From: Octopus sinensis
Lineage: Eukaryota
DNA: 64,000 nt
Direction of reading: 5' to 3'
NCBI RefSeq assembly: GCF_006345805.1
Contig: NC_043012.1
Span: 992,001-1,056,000 of the forward strand
Both the position numbers and the translations under genes were made by a program. Below the pieces are notes generated by a model. That model was not told where the DNA came from, did no database searches, and saw only the letters and a list, made by a program, of their open reading frames with translations. This document shows positions 51,679 through 64,000 of the stretch, piece by piece. The stretch's first letter is position 1; each line of letters begins with the position of its first letter.

Positions 51679-51709
<31 letters not shown>

Positions 51710-51789
51710 CCAGAGTAAGCACATAAATTGAAACAAGATGGAAAAAATAGTACTCGAAAACTAGAAATAGAATAATATGGTTTTATATT

Positions 51790-52064
51790 TAAGAGATGAA
51801 GATTTATGTACATTATTTACATTCGACGGATATTTGTCCTCATCTTGTTTGTTGTCAACACGTTTCGGCTGATATACCCTCCAGCCTTCTTCGGGTGTCT
51901 TGGGGAAATTTCAAATCTGGTTTTTCATTCCTAAGGTATTTTTCGGTGTTATTATTATTATTATTATTATTATTGTTATTGTTCAGGTCACTGCTTGGAA
52001 TCGAACTTGGAATCTTGGGGTTAGTAGCCCGCGCTTTAAATCACTACGCCATATGCCCATGGGC

Positions 52065-52067
<3 letters not shown>
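51790..52067 (-). mobile_element. Family F: tRNA-like head, (AAT)n, hammerhead-like 3' module
   Basis: Minus TGGCGTAGTGA and GTTCGATTCC Pol III boxes; GACAC-CCGAAGA-A-GGCTG..CAGCC-GAAACG; homologous to 58535-59345. Confidence 0.75.
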
Positions 52068-52140
<73 letters not shown>

Positions 52141-52531
52141 GCAGACAGACAGGCAGACAGGCAGACAGACAGACAGGCAAGCAGGCAACAGACAGACAGA
52201 TAGACAGAGAGATAGATAGATAGAGAAAGAGAGAGAAAAATAGAGAGGGGAAGAGAAACAGAGAGAGGTGGAGAGAGATAGAGAGAGGGGAGAGACAGGG
52301 AAAGGAGGAAAGAGACAGAGAAAGAGGTAGAGAGGTAGAGAGCGAGATAAAAGAGAGATAGAAAACGAGAGAGTGAGAGAGAGAGATAAGTAGGTAAGAG
52401 ATAGATTGATAGATACAGACATAAATACATACATACATAAATACATACATACATACATACATACATACATAAATACATACATACATACATACATACATAC
52501 ATACATACATACATACATACATACATACATA
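52066..52531. repeat. (GATA)n/(GACA)n/(GA)n/(CATA)n compound microsatellite
   Basis: Direct reading. Confidence 0.95.
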
Positions 52532-52991
52532 CGTAGGTAGGTAGCTACGTTGGTTAATATTGAATGTCTATGTATCATTTTCTCTAAATTTCCTTCTAAC
52601 AATCAGGCATTAAGAAAATGGCTGCTTTTTTTTAAAAGAAAATATGGTTTGTAAAAGACTGAATGATTGCATTTGGAACTATAAATGAATATGTAAAATC
52701 ATACACCTCAAAGGCTTGTCATGCTTCATGTAGCTTTTATAATTTCCAAAGAAGAATATAGTTCTATAACAATATTTCCATATGATTATGCTGTTTTAAT
52801 TTAATAAACAAAAAGCACTTTGTAAATAACATATACATGCTGAGTGGTGGGCAACTATAGAAGGCATTATACTTGATATAATTGTAGGAAGGCAGTGCCA
52901 AATTCACACAGTTCTCATGTGTAATCTTGTTAGGTACCATTTTGATATGAAGGACAGAAAAGTAAAAATAAAATAACAACAATCAAATATA

Positions 52992-53158
52992 TAGGCACAG
53001 GAGTGGCTGTGTGGTAAGTAGCTTGCTTAAGGACCACATGGTTTCGGGTTCAGTCCCACTGTGTGGCACCTTGGGCAAGTGTCTTCTACTATAGCCTCGG
53101 GCTGACCAAAGCCTTGTGAGTGGATTTGGTAGACAGAAACTGAAAGAAGCCCATCGTA

Positions 53159-53198
<40 letters not shown>

Positions 53199-53410
53199 GT
53201 ACATATGTGTGTGAGTATATGTTTGTGTGTCTATGTTTGTCCTCCTAACATTGCTTGACAACCAATGCTGGTGTGTTTACGTCACCGTAACTTAGCGGTT
53301 CGGTAAAAGAGCCCAATAGAATAAGTCCTGGGTTCAATTTGCTCGACTAAAGGCGGTGCTCCAGCATGGCCACAGTCAAATGACTGAAGCAAGTAAAAGA
53401 GTAAAAGAAT
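52992..53410 (+). mobile_element. SINE family A, full length with small internal deletion
   Basis: Family match. Confidence 0.9.
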
Positions 53411-53632
53411 ATATATTAAATCACTGTCACGGAAATTTCTTTGACATTGAACGAAGGAGGTGGTCTCTATGTTGTTGGTCGACTTGCTAGAAGTAGCAAT
53501 CAAATTAGCCATCAGATCACTCCCTGTTGTCTTAAGAGAAAAGAAGCCACTGGATTATGTAGTACACTTACACAAACATATATGGATATGTGTGTCAGCT
53601 TTTCAGTATGTACATAATTGTGTGCATATGTG

Positions 53633-53692
<60 letters not shown>

Positions 53693-53693
<1 letters not shown>

Positions 53694-53985
53694 TGCCAGC
53701 GCCACCTCAACTGGCTTCCGTGCCGGTGGCATGTAAAAAGCACCAACCGATTGTGGCCATTGCCAGCCTCGCCTGGCACCTGTGCCGGTGGCACGTAAAA
53801 AGCACCCACTACACTCACTGAGTAGTTGGCGTTAGGAAGGGCATCCAGCGTTAGAAACACTGCCAGAGCAGACTGGGCCTGGTGCAGCCTCCTGGCTTCC
53901 CAGACCCCAGTTGAACCGTCCAACCCATGCTAGCATGGAAAGCGGACGTTAAACGATGATAATGATGATGATGATGATGATGATG
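53693..53985 (+). mobile_element. Family B copy with two tandem units
   Basis: Motif match and (GAT)n end. Confidence 0.9.
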
Positions 53986-54254
53986 ATATATATACACACA
54001 CACATACATAATGTACTGATCTGTAACAGAAAATTCAACAAAAATGTTCTCCATTTGGTGGGAGATAAATACATGTATTACATATATATATGGATATGAA
54101 TTCGTAACTTATATAGGCCATGTTCTCAGAGCCCACAGATTGCTTGGAGACATTAGGCATGTTATTAAAGCCTACCTAGGTAGCATCTCCAATGTATAAA
54201 ACTGTTATTAGCTCATACTCAGTACAGTAAACAATATATATATAAAAGGCATTT

Positions 54255-54422
54255 GTGCCAGTGGTACGTAAAAGACACCCATTACACTCTGTAAAGTGGT
54301 TGGCTTTAGGAAGGCCATCTAGCCTTAAGAACCAAGCTAAAATAGAAGATTGGAACCTGGTGCAACTTTCTGTCTAGCCCATGCCAGCATGGAAAACAGA
54401 CATTAAATGAGGATAAGGATAA

Positions 54423-54425
<3 letters not shown>
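54255..54425 (+). mobile_element. Older family B tail copy
   Basis: GCCCATGCCAGCATGGAAAACAGACATTAAATGA. Confidence 0.75.
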
Positions 54426-54462
<37 letters not shown>

Positions 54463-55104
54463 TATATAATATATATATATATATAGTAGTAGTAATAGTA
54501 GTAACAGAAAGGAGGAATTTCGATTATCCCCACATCGTGAGTTGTAATATATATAAGAAATTAAAAAAGAAAAATACTCACACTTTACATAGTTATAATA
54601 TAATTTTTAATATATCGACCAGTTTCGCTACCGCTATTCATGATATTATGGTTTACTTATTTGAATGTGTATTTTCTTAAGAAGAAATTTTGTCCATGTT
54701 GTGTGTAATGATATTTACGAGTGAATGACTTCACAAGTAGAAAATTATGGGGAGGTAATTGGTTATCGTTATTATTGTTATTAATGGGACAAGAACGCCA
54801 AACATCCAGACAGACAATACAAAGAAAACAAGGACGGGTCATTCGGAGTTTTCTTTCCTCAGTTGAGTTCCAGATTATCTTTGCAATTTTGGCTTCATTT
54901 TAAAGTTTATCTCTATAGATTCCCTATAGAATTCAGAGTTAGCATTGCAAGTTACAATGTTTTTTAAAAGAATATGTCTATGTAAACAATGTGATCAAAG
55001 TCAGAGAAAATGGGTGATGAGTGTATGTGCATATTTCAAGAGTCATTGTTCTTTCGTCAGTACCTCATGCAGCCTGTCCATCTGCTATGTTAACAAGCCA
55101 GCAC

Positions 55105-55325
55105 TGATTGTCACGTGATGGTAGGGGACAACCAAAACGACACGCACATATATACATATATATGTATAACGGGAAGAGCTTCTTTCAGTTTCTGTGTGCC
55201 AGAATAATTCACAAGGCTTAGTCAGCCCAAGGTTATAGCTTCAGCTACTTTCCCAAGGTACTGTACAGTGGGATTAAACCCAAGAGTACACAGTTGGCAA
55301 GTAAGCTTCTTACCACAGCCACTTA
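55105..55325 (-). mobile_element. Degenerate family A SINE
   Basis: GCTTCTTTCAGTTTC..CACAAGGCT..CTTACCACAGCCAC. Confidence 0.7.
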
Positions 55326-55374
55326 TTCTTCACACTTCTATTACACTTCACATGATTTTTATTGTTTCCAAGGA

Positions 55375-55590
55375 TAAGGCAGCATGCTGGCAGAACTGTT
55401 AGCATGCCAAGCAAAATTCTTAGTGGCATTTTATCTGTCTTTACATTCTGGGTTCAATTTCTGCCAAGGTTGATTTTGCCTTTTGTCCTTTTTGAGACAA
55501 TAAAATAAGTACCAGTCAAATACTGGAGTTGATGTAAGTGACTCCCCACTTCCCTCAAAAAATAATGGCCCGGTGCCAAAATTCGAAGCT
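55375..55590 (+). mobile_element. SINE family C
   Basis: Colinear with 446-655. Confidence 0.8.
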
Positions 55591-56014
55591 ATTATTTCCA
55601 AGGTTGACGATATTTCTATAACAATATTTCTATATAACAGTATTTAAATCTAATAAGCAACAGAACCAGTCTGTGAATATAAATTCTGAGAGGTAATTAT
55701 GCAAAGCAGTGCCAAAATCTACACAATGTAGCATTTATAACTTTGTTATCATAATAAAAGAGGTAGAAAGGTAAAAAAAAAAGATAGAATTTAATCTCAT
55801 TCTTATTGATATCACAAGATGCTATTCTATATTAAACCAGGGAACATGGTTCTACAGAATTGTTTGAACAACTGAAAATAGCAAAATAGCAGACAAATTT
55901 ACTTTAAGTCATACCTAATTCCTTAAGCAAAAATAAAATTGGTACTCCATCGGTTATGTTGAAGTGGGTACCATTTGTTCTAATCAATGGAACTGCCTAC
56001 ATGTGAAATTAACA

Positions 56015-56730
56015 TGTGAAGTTAAGGTAGCCTCCTGGCTCATGTGAATCCATGAGGATTATAAATCTTTCTGCCAAACACAATTTATACAGTCTTGTTC
56101 CATTACAATGGGGTTCACTAGTTTGCAGTAATTTCCACCTGATGTTAAAGGGCGTATGATCATCCTTTAGGCACCATACATATGCTGCCAGTGTTGTTGT
56201 GATGTACCTTTCTGGGACCCCGAAAGAAGATCTGTCGTTTTTCAGGCGAACTTTAAATCTGGATTCACAAGATCCGACATAAATTTTAGCTTGTGAGACT
56301 GTGTTGGCATTGATGTTATTGATATTTGTGCTGCTTCCATTTGAGGCTACCTTTGCTTGGTATGCTGTAGCCTCAGTGTTACATCGGCCGTCCATGGGGC
56401 ATTCATTCCTAAATTTTGTTTGGCTGCCAGATTTATAATTTTCATGAACTCACATGAGCCAAAAGGCTACCTTAACTCTAGGACGGAAGCCATAGGGTGT
56501 TGTCCACATTTTCAGAAATTTTTACTTCAAAACTGGAAAGCCTAGCTATCAGGCGATGGAAGACAACTTGCCAGGCCATATTTTTTAAGAGGCTTATTTC
56601 TTGAACTATCACTGGCGTTCTTGTGTTTTAAAACAAACATTCTTTGTAGAGAACGGTTACTGTTTAGAGAAACTGAAGAGATGTCTAGTTCACGCTAGAT
56701 ATGAAACCAAGGATTTTTTCCTAAACTTAC
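56015..56730. mobile_element. Penelope-like element remnant: GIY-YIG part on minus, inverted 3' end with hammerhead-like motif on plus
   Basis: Minus KIYVGSCESRFKVRL..LAAYVWCLK..NIRWKLL..KLCLAERFII..LN; plus KFCLAARFII..LNSRTEAIGCCPHFQKFLL*; CTGAAGA..GAAA at 56673-56706. Confidence 0.82.
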
Positions 56731-56829
56731 ATTACACATACACAAATAAATAACTGCTCTATATTTTATAGGGTATGCACTTCTCCTAATTTATGATATT
56801 GTAACGAAGATATAAATAAATATATATAT

Positions 56830-56874
<45 letters not shown>

Positions 56875-57137
56875 ATAAAAGACAGAGAGATATTTTGATA
56901 AAATTTTACTTAATTGCAGTGCTCCAGCATGGCCACAGTCAAAATGACTGAAACAAGTAAAAGAGATATATATATATTTAAGTTGCAATATATGGATTTA
57001 AGTAATCCAGTAGTAATCACAACAAAAGCTTCTTAATACATCTTTGTACAAACCATAGATTATTTGCATGCTATTGAGTTATGAAACAATTTGTCATGAT
57101 TATAGGATTTTTCTTATTGTTCTTTTATTCTTTTACC

Positions 57138-57865
57138 TCTTTAGTCAAACAAATCACCCCCAGGACTTATTCTTTGCAAGTCTAGTACTAATTCTATCGG
57201 TCTCTTTTACCGAACCACTAAGTTTCAGGGACGTAAACATACCCACATCAGATGTCAAGTGATGGTGGTGGCGGGGGACAAACACAGACGCACAAATACA
57301 TAAAACCTACATACATCATCATCATCATCATTTAACGTCCGCTTTCCTTGCTAGCATGGGTTGGACGGTTCAACTGGGGTCTGGGAAGCCAGAAGGCTGC
57401 ACCAGGCCCAGGCTGATCTGGCAGTGTTTCTACAGCTGGATGCCCTTCCTAACGCCAACCACTCCGTGAGTGTAGCGGGTGCTTTTTACATGCCACCAGC
57501 ACGGAGACCAGACGGAGCTGGCAACGGCCACGGTCGGATGGTGCTTTTTACGTGCCACCGGCACGGAGCTTCTTTCAGTTTCCATCCACCAAATCCACTC
57601 ACAAGGCTTTGGTTGGACCAAGGCTATAGTAGAAAACACTTGCCCAAGATGCCCTGCAGTGGGACTGAACCCGGAACCATGTGGTTGGGAAGCAATCTTT
57701 TTACCACACAGGGCTTCCTCCAGGTTCTGCCTACCAAATCCACTGACAAGGCTCTGGTCAGCCTGAGGCTATAGCAGAAGATATTTAGCCAAGGTACCAT
57801 ACAGTAGGACTGAACCTGGAGCCATTTGGTTGAGAAACAAGCTTCTTACCACACAACCATACCTG
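57138..57865 (-). mobile_element. Family A SINE interrupted by a family B insertion (57315-57566), with a duplicated head region
   Basis: A 3' half 57138-57300, B copy, A 5' half 57567-57710, second A 5' half 57711-57865. Confidence 0.82.
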
Positions 57866-58534
57866 CATCTATAGATATCAATGTTTGTATAACATATCTT
57901 GTCTTTAAGTCATCAACCTTCTGCTATTTTGGTTCGTTTTTCTTCTGTTTTTGTTTGTTTTGTTTTACATTTAATCAGATACATGAATATTTATTTATGT
58001 ACATGATTGCTTATGTATCATTGCAAGCAATTCTTGCATGATGGCCACCAGTGTGACAACGGGACGGTAGTCCTGTACTCATATTACAAACTGACTTAAT
58101 CAACTGGTTTATATAATGCAATTAAGGCAGGCATCAAATTTAATCCAACGTTTTCAGTTTCTCTCGTTCATAATCCAACACCACTTGCAGTATTATCAAA
58201 CTATCCTCATTTCTCATTAGCATTCACGCAATCAAAGCTACTAAACTGTCCTAACATCCTTATAAATTGTTCGTTAACTATTTATGTAATCATCTCAAAA
58301 GTGCATGTCCCTCTTTGATTATTGTCCAAACAGAACAAAAACTAAGTCTCCCCCAACTCCAACGTTTATCACAAAATAATTGTTTACGCAGCACAAATAA
58401 AGGTTTATAGCTAAATAATATTGTTGTATAAAAGCAGATAATAAAAATGCCAGCAGATATGGGTTTGCTGAGATAAATTGTTGGATATACAAGAAATATA
58501 TACATACATACAAACATATATATATATATTCTTT

Positions 58535-58911
58535 GTTTTACATTATTTACATTTGCCAGATATTTCTCCTCATCTTCTTTGTTGTTAACACAATGTTTCG
58601 GCTGATATACACTCCAGCCTTTATCAGGTGTCTTGGGGTTCTCATTCCTACGGTATTTTTCAAAGTTGTTGTTGTTGTTGTTGCTGTTGTTGTTGTTGTT
58701 GTTGTTGTTGTTCTTCTTCTTCTTCTTCTTCTTCTTCTTCTTCTTCTTCTTCTTCTTCTTCTTCTTCTCATGATTATTATTATTATTATTATTATTCTTC
58801 TATTTTTGACTTTTGCTTTACATTTGTACAAGTTGGCTCCAAGTCTCATCCAGAGACCTCAAGAGACAACAAGCTGGAAGTTCATGTTGGTGTTATGCCT
58901 AGGGTGCCATA

Positions 58912-58951
<40 letters not shown>

Positions 58952-59058
58952 GATTATCATGATTATTATTATTATTATTATTATTATTATTGTTCAGGTC
59001 ACTGCTTGGAATCAAACTCAGAATCTTGGGGCTTGTAGCCCACACTCTTAACCACTAC
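58535..59058 (-). mobile_element. Family F copy with expanded microsatellite and nested R4/Dong 3' fragment
   Basis: Homologous to 51790-52067. Confidence 0.78.
58800..58916 (-). mobile_element. 3' UTR fragment of the R4/Dong-like element in (TAA)n
   Basis: Reverse complement aligns with 23240-23348 (CTAGGCATAACACCAA..TGAGACTTGGA..AACTTGTAC..AAAGCAAAAGTCAAA); (TTA)n on both sides. Confidence 0.85.
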
Positions 59059-59066
59059 AGGTATAT

Positions 59067-59345
59067 TGTGCAGTGGTTAAAAGCATGGGCTACTAACCCC
59101 AAGATTTCGAGTTCAATTCTAGGCAGTGACGAGAATTATGATAATAATAATAATAATAATATAATAATAATAATAACAACATCGAAAAATACCTTAGGAA
59201 TGAGAAGCCAGGTTTGAAATTTCCCCAAGACACCTAATGAAAGCTGGAGGGTATATCAGCCGATACGTTGTGTTAACAACAAACAAGATGAGGACAAATA
59301 TCCGTCAAATGTAAATAATGTACATAATTCCTCATCTCTTATATA
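59067..59345 (+). mobile_element. Family F copy, head-to-head with the previous copy
   Basis: GCAGTGGTTAAAAGCATGGGCTACTAACCCC..GAGTTCAATTC; GACAC-CTAATGA-A-AGCTG..CAGCC-GATACGTT-GTGTT. Confidence 0.8.
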
Positions 59346-59515
59346 TAGAACTTTATTATTTGTTTTATTCTTTTAGTTGTTACAGTCATTTGACTGCAGC
59401 CATGCTGGAGCATCGCCTTGAAAAAAAGTGTCTCGCTTAAGGACTCAACTTGCCATTGGGAATTGAACTTGTGACTTTACGGTCATGAGCCAAGTACCCT
59501 AACCACTAAACCATG

Positions 59516-59553
<38 letters not shown>

Positions 59554-59901
59554 CTTATACATGCATGTATATATATATAAGATGTGTAAAAGGCACCTCG
59601 AGGAAACATAGTAATCTGTATTGTTAAAACTCATATAATAGAGTTTGTGAGTTTAGATAAGTTTTTTATGTAATGGGGAATAGGAAGAAATTTGGCATTT
59701 GGGGTTTCAATCTCCTTCATCTGGGAAGGAAAAAGTAATTTTTCAATAGAAAATTCTATATATGTGTATGTGTATATGTGTGTGTGTGTGTACGCATGCA
59801 TGTGTGCGTATACATATGCATTTTTGCTTATGGTTGCATTAAGTTGTATTGAAAACCTCATCTTTCTGTTTGCAGTTCTATACACAATAATAATTTCTAA
59901 A

Positions 59902-60205
59902 AACTGGCACTCTGTCGGTTATGACAATAAGGGTTCCACTTGACCCAACCAATGAAACAGCCAACGCATGAAATTAACGGGCATGTAAGTGAACACTCTA
60001 CAGACATGTGTACCCTTAATGTAGTTCTCAGGGAGATTCAACTTGACACGGAGTGTGGTCCTTTGAAATACAGGTACTACTCATTTTTGCCAGTTGAGTG
60101 CCCTGGAGCAATGTCTGGTCCAAGGACTCAAGGCATTGCTAGGAATTGAACTCACAACCTTGAAATCGTGAGCTGTATACCCTAACCCCTAAGCCACATG
60201 CTTTC
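59902..60205 (-). mobile_element. Older tRNA-derived SINE (E-related head, different tail)
   Basis: Minus GCATGTGGCTTAGGGGTTAGGG..GAGTTCAATTCC; tail similar to 55965-56015. Confidence 0.65.
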
Positions 60206-60715
60206 ACTCACGATGGTTATATACAATAAGTTTTAAAATACATAAAAGAATTAAATAAAAATGTCTAGAGCACTTTTAAGTAGTTTTCATAACAAATCAA
60301 TGAAAATTTACATATCATCACATCAGATTTATAACTGAAATAGACAAGTTTAAATGTACCTTCTGTCATACCTATGTAGTGTTTACTAACTACATCATGT
60401 TATGACTTATTAGAAATGAATTCCTCAACATATATGATCAGTACAGTATATTATCTGTCTTATTCAGTAGTCATTCAGTTATATATTTCTATACAGAGTT
60501 ATTTTCAGTTATTTTGGCTGTGCGATTCTATTTTAAGGTTGTTCAAATCGAATATTTTTTGTATCTATCATTAATAGGGAAATGCTTCATAAATAAGGTT
60601 ACAAATTTTGAAAAATATTATTTTAGTATCTCTTCTTAGTTTGGGATAGCAGATAAGTAGGTATGTAAGTAAGCTTTTCTTTGAATCCACTTAATTTTAG
60701 TGCTCTATAATTGTA

Positions 60716-61805
60716 TCAGGTGGTATCAAAAACTGCCCGAACTAAATCTGTAGTGCACCAGCAGATGGCAGCACATGGTTGCATGCACAATGAGAACTAG
60801 CAGTGACCTTCATGAGGCAGTGTGCCAAGTGACATCACTGTGTTTACTTCACAAATTGTGAAATTTATGCTTTTGTTATCATGTATGCTGTAGCCTGCAA
60901 TTTTGTCATGGACAGGAAAGTAAACAAAGAGCCAATGTGAAATTTTGCATTAAACTGGGGAGTCTGCTACATGTATAACCCTGAGAGGAAGCAACAGTCA
61001 TCCATGACCGAAGAAGATACAAAAGAGTTGCAGCTCAATCAAGAACATTCTCATCATTTTTTCAACATTCGTGGTATTGTGCATTGAGAATTCGTCCCCC
61101 AGGGCCAGGCTGTCAATCATGAGTTTGACTGCAACATTTTAAAATGTTTGAGGGAGTACCTTTGGTGAATGCAACCACATCTGTGGAGTGCAAACAATTG
61201 GATTCTTCATGAAGGCAATGCAGCCTGTCACTGATCTCTCCTCACTCCTACCAAAAACAACATGGTATCACTTTTACTCCCACCCTGTTCATTAGATTTA
61301 GCACTTGTGGACTTGCATCTCTTTCCCCAAGATGAAAATACACCTCAAACGTTGCCATTTTAACACTGTTGTCAAGATCCAGAGAAAATCGTGGAAGGTT
61401 CTCGACTCTCTTACGGGAAACAACTTCCAGGCCAGATTCCGAAAGTGACAGGAATGCCGGAACCGGTGCCTTGCTGTACAAGGTGATTATTTCAAAGGAG
61501 AGCCGATGCCAGCACCGCCTTGACTGGGGTCTGTGCTGGTGGCATGTAAGAAGCACCAACCGATCATGGACATTGCCAGCCTCCTCCGGCCCCTGTGTCG
61601 GTGGCATGTAAAAAGCACCCACTACACTCATGGAGTGGTTGGCGTTAGGAATGGCATCCAACTGTAGAAACACTGCCAGATCAGACTGAAGCTTGGTGCA
61701 GCCTCTTGGTGCAGCCTCTTGGTGCAGCCTCTTGGTGCAGCCTCTTGGCTTCCCAGACCCCGGTCGAACCATCCAACCCATGCTAGCATGGAAAACGTAC
61801 GTTAA

Positions 61806-61838
<33 letters not shown>

Positions 61839-61909
61839 TTAAAACTTAGGTAAATAAGTTTTTTTTTTTTCAAACATAATTAGTCCGGGATCTTTTTGAT
61901 ACCACCTCA
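60716..61909 (+). mobile_element. Decayed mariner transposon with TIRs and TA TSD
   Basis: TIR AGGTGGTATCAAAAA / TTTTTGATACCACCT flanked by TA; ANVKFCIKLG, FFNIRGIVH*EFVPQGQAVN, WILHEGNA, HPPYSPDLAP-like remnant, GDYFKG end. Confidence 0.9.
61504..61837 (+). mobile_element. Family B copy inserted at the end of the mariner ORF
   Basis: Motif match; internal 13-bp unit CTTGGTGCAGCCT x4 at 61692-61743. Confidence 0.9.
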
Positions 61910-62044
61910 TAGGAGAAACGTTATCAAATATATCGTTAGCAAAATACAAGCTAGATATCATTTTACTAACATTATCAATTAGACTTTCATAAAGTATAAG
62001 TAGGTTCTAAGAACCTGTTTTAATATGTATAAGTTTATCAAGGT

Positions 62045-62255
62045 TGAGAGCTAGCAGAGTCATTAGCACACAGGACAAAATATTTGGCAGTATTTCTTCT
62101 GGTGCTCTACATTCTAAGTTCAAATTCCACAGAGGTCATCCTTTGCCTTTCATCGTTTTGTGGTTGATAAAACAAGTACTAATTGAACACTGGGCTCAAT
62201 GCAGTCAATTAGCTCCCTCCCACCTAATTTCCAGCTTTGAACCTTTAGCAGAAAG
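62045..62255 (+). mobile_element. Degenerate SINE family C
   Basis: AGTTCAAATTCC..TTTGCCTTTCATCG. Confidence 0.7.
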
Positions 62256-62271
62256 TAAAAATCTACTGATG

Positions 62272-62665
62272 TAGGCACAGGAGGGGCTGTGTGGTAGGTA
62301 GCTAGCTTACCAACGACATGGTTTTGGGTTCAGTCCCACTGCATGGCACCTTGGGCAAGTGCCTTTTACTATAACCTCAGCCTGACCAAAGCCTTGTGAG
62401 TGGATTCGGTAGATGGAAACTGAAAGAAGCCCGTCGTATTTATATATATATGTAGATGTTTGTGTGTCTGTGTTTGTCCTCCCACCATCACTTGACAACT
62501 GATGCTGGTGTGTTTACGTCCCTGATAAAATTAGAAGTTTGGCAAAAAGAGACCAATAGAATAAGTACTAGGCTAAAAGAGAATAAGTCCTGGAGTTGAT
62601 TTATTTGACTAAAGGCAGTGCTTCCGCATGGCCACAGTCAAATGACTGAAACAAATAAAAGAAAA
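62272..62665 (+). mobile_element. SINE family A, full length
   Basis: Family match. Confidence 0.9.
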
Positions 62666-62799
62666 AAGAGAGAGTAGCTTTGCTAAAGAGGTTGAGTAAG
62701 TTGTTACATAATGGGTGACATCTATGATTAAAGTAATTATAATTGATATTTTCAGACTGAGATTTTAGACTGACATATATGTATGTATGTGCATGTCTA

Positions 62800-63040
62800 T
62801 GTTTGTGTGTCTGTGTTTGTCCCTGGCAACATCGCTTGACAACCGATACTGGTGTGTTTACGTAACCCATAACTTAGCGGTTCGGCAGAAGAGACCGATA
62901 GAATAAGTGCTAGGCTTACAAATAGAATAAGTCCTGGAGTGGTGAAGGAGGGGGGGAACTTGCTCGACTAAAAGTGGTGCTCCAGCATGGCCACAGTCAC
63001 ATGACTGAAACAAGTAAAAGAGTAAAAGAGTAAAAGAGTA
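62800..63040 (+). mobile_element. SINE family A, 3' half
   Basis: Family match with GAGTAAAA tail. Confidence 0.88.
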
Positions 63041-63596
63041 ATCCTGCCAGATCACCAAAATTGAAATGATTTTAAAATATTTAGAATCTTCATTAAAGAA
63101 ATGGAATTTTGTAAAATTTACAATCATTGTATTTAGATCATAGAATTGTGAAGCCTTTTAATTATGAAGTTCTTCATATAAATTATTACATATGATTTAT
63201 TGATATCATCTCACTTTTATTGTGAATTCTTTTCTCATCATTATTTGTCTTCTTTTTGTTCTCTTCTTTCTTTCCCCATCTATTTCTGTTTTCCTTTTCT
63301 TTGTTTTTTTTTTCTTCTTCTCTTTTTCTCTTTTAAATCTCTGTAGTATACTCTTTTGCAGTTCTGCAGCCATTCATGGGAAATAAATTATTCTGCATTT
63401 TTGACACTATTACTCTGTCGGAGATGCTTTTCTGACGAATATCACAATTTAGAAGGCATTCAAAAATACATATGTATTTTTAAGATATGTAATATAAATC
63501 ACTAATTGTGTGTGTGTGTGTATGTATGTGTTGGGCAATATGCATGATAAAAACAACACAGGAGAGTCAAGGTTTAGCAAATATTATATTAGCTTA

Positions 63597-63636
<40 letters not shown>

Positions 63637-63640
63637 GCAT

Positions 63641-63843
63641 GCACAGGAGTGGCTGTGTGGTAAATAGCTTGCTAACCAACCACATGGTTCTGGGTTCAGT
63701 CCCACTACATGGCACCTTTGGCAAGTATCTTCTCTCTAGCCTCATCCCAACCAAGAACCCTGTGAGTGGATTTGGTAGACAGAAACTGAAAGAAGCCTGT
63801 CATATATATATATATATATATATACACGTATATATATATGCAT

Positions 63844-63876
<33 letters not shown>

Positions 63877-64000
63877 CATTCATACATACATACATATATA
63901 CATACTTACATACATACATACATACATACATGTATATATATACTGATGTTGCTGTGTTTACGTCCCTGTAACTTAGTGGCTTGGCAAAAGAGACCGATAG
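63641..64000 (+). mobile_element. SINE family A, cut by window edge
   Basis: Family match with expanded internal (TA)n. Confidence 0.88.

Noticed and set aside
61692-61748. 13-bp x4 tandem repeat as an operator array
   Set aside because: Local slippage of a single family B motif

Overview
AT-rich, microsatellite-saturated animal genomic DNA. The repeat families look cephalopod, most likely Octopus (inference from SINE style, not from a marker gene). No intact host gene is visible; the only host-exon candidate is a weak terminal exon at 14972-15062. Nearly all ORF-track entries are microsatellite or SINE read-through artefacts. The window holds dozens of tRNA-derived SINE copies from several families (working labels A, C, D, E, F; B is a separate RTE-tail repeat). 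It also holds decayed non-LTR retrotransposons (RTE, CR1-like, R4/Dong-like with a restriction-like endonuclease, L1/Tx1-like, two Penelope-like GIY-YIG remnants), two mariner relics, a hAT MITE with an 8-bp TSD, a short Helitron and one 100-N gap. Five signals stand out. (1) Two near-canonical hammerhead ribozyme folds lie about 270 bp apart at 10.6-11.0 kb in small non-coding modules, with several degenerate hammerheads elsewhere. (2) A tRNA-headed SINE-like element carries a Penelope-type hammerhead and occurs head-to-head. (3) LINE-SINE tail sharing is visible in the window, with compensatory stem changes. (4) A young ~1.2-kb palindrome has RTE tails at both ends. (5) The RTE 3' UTR carries tandem pseudoknot-like units. 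All boundaries and pairings were read by eye, and no ribozyme activity is demonstrated.
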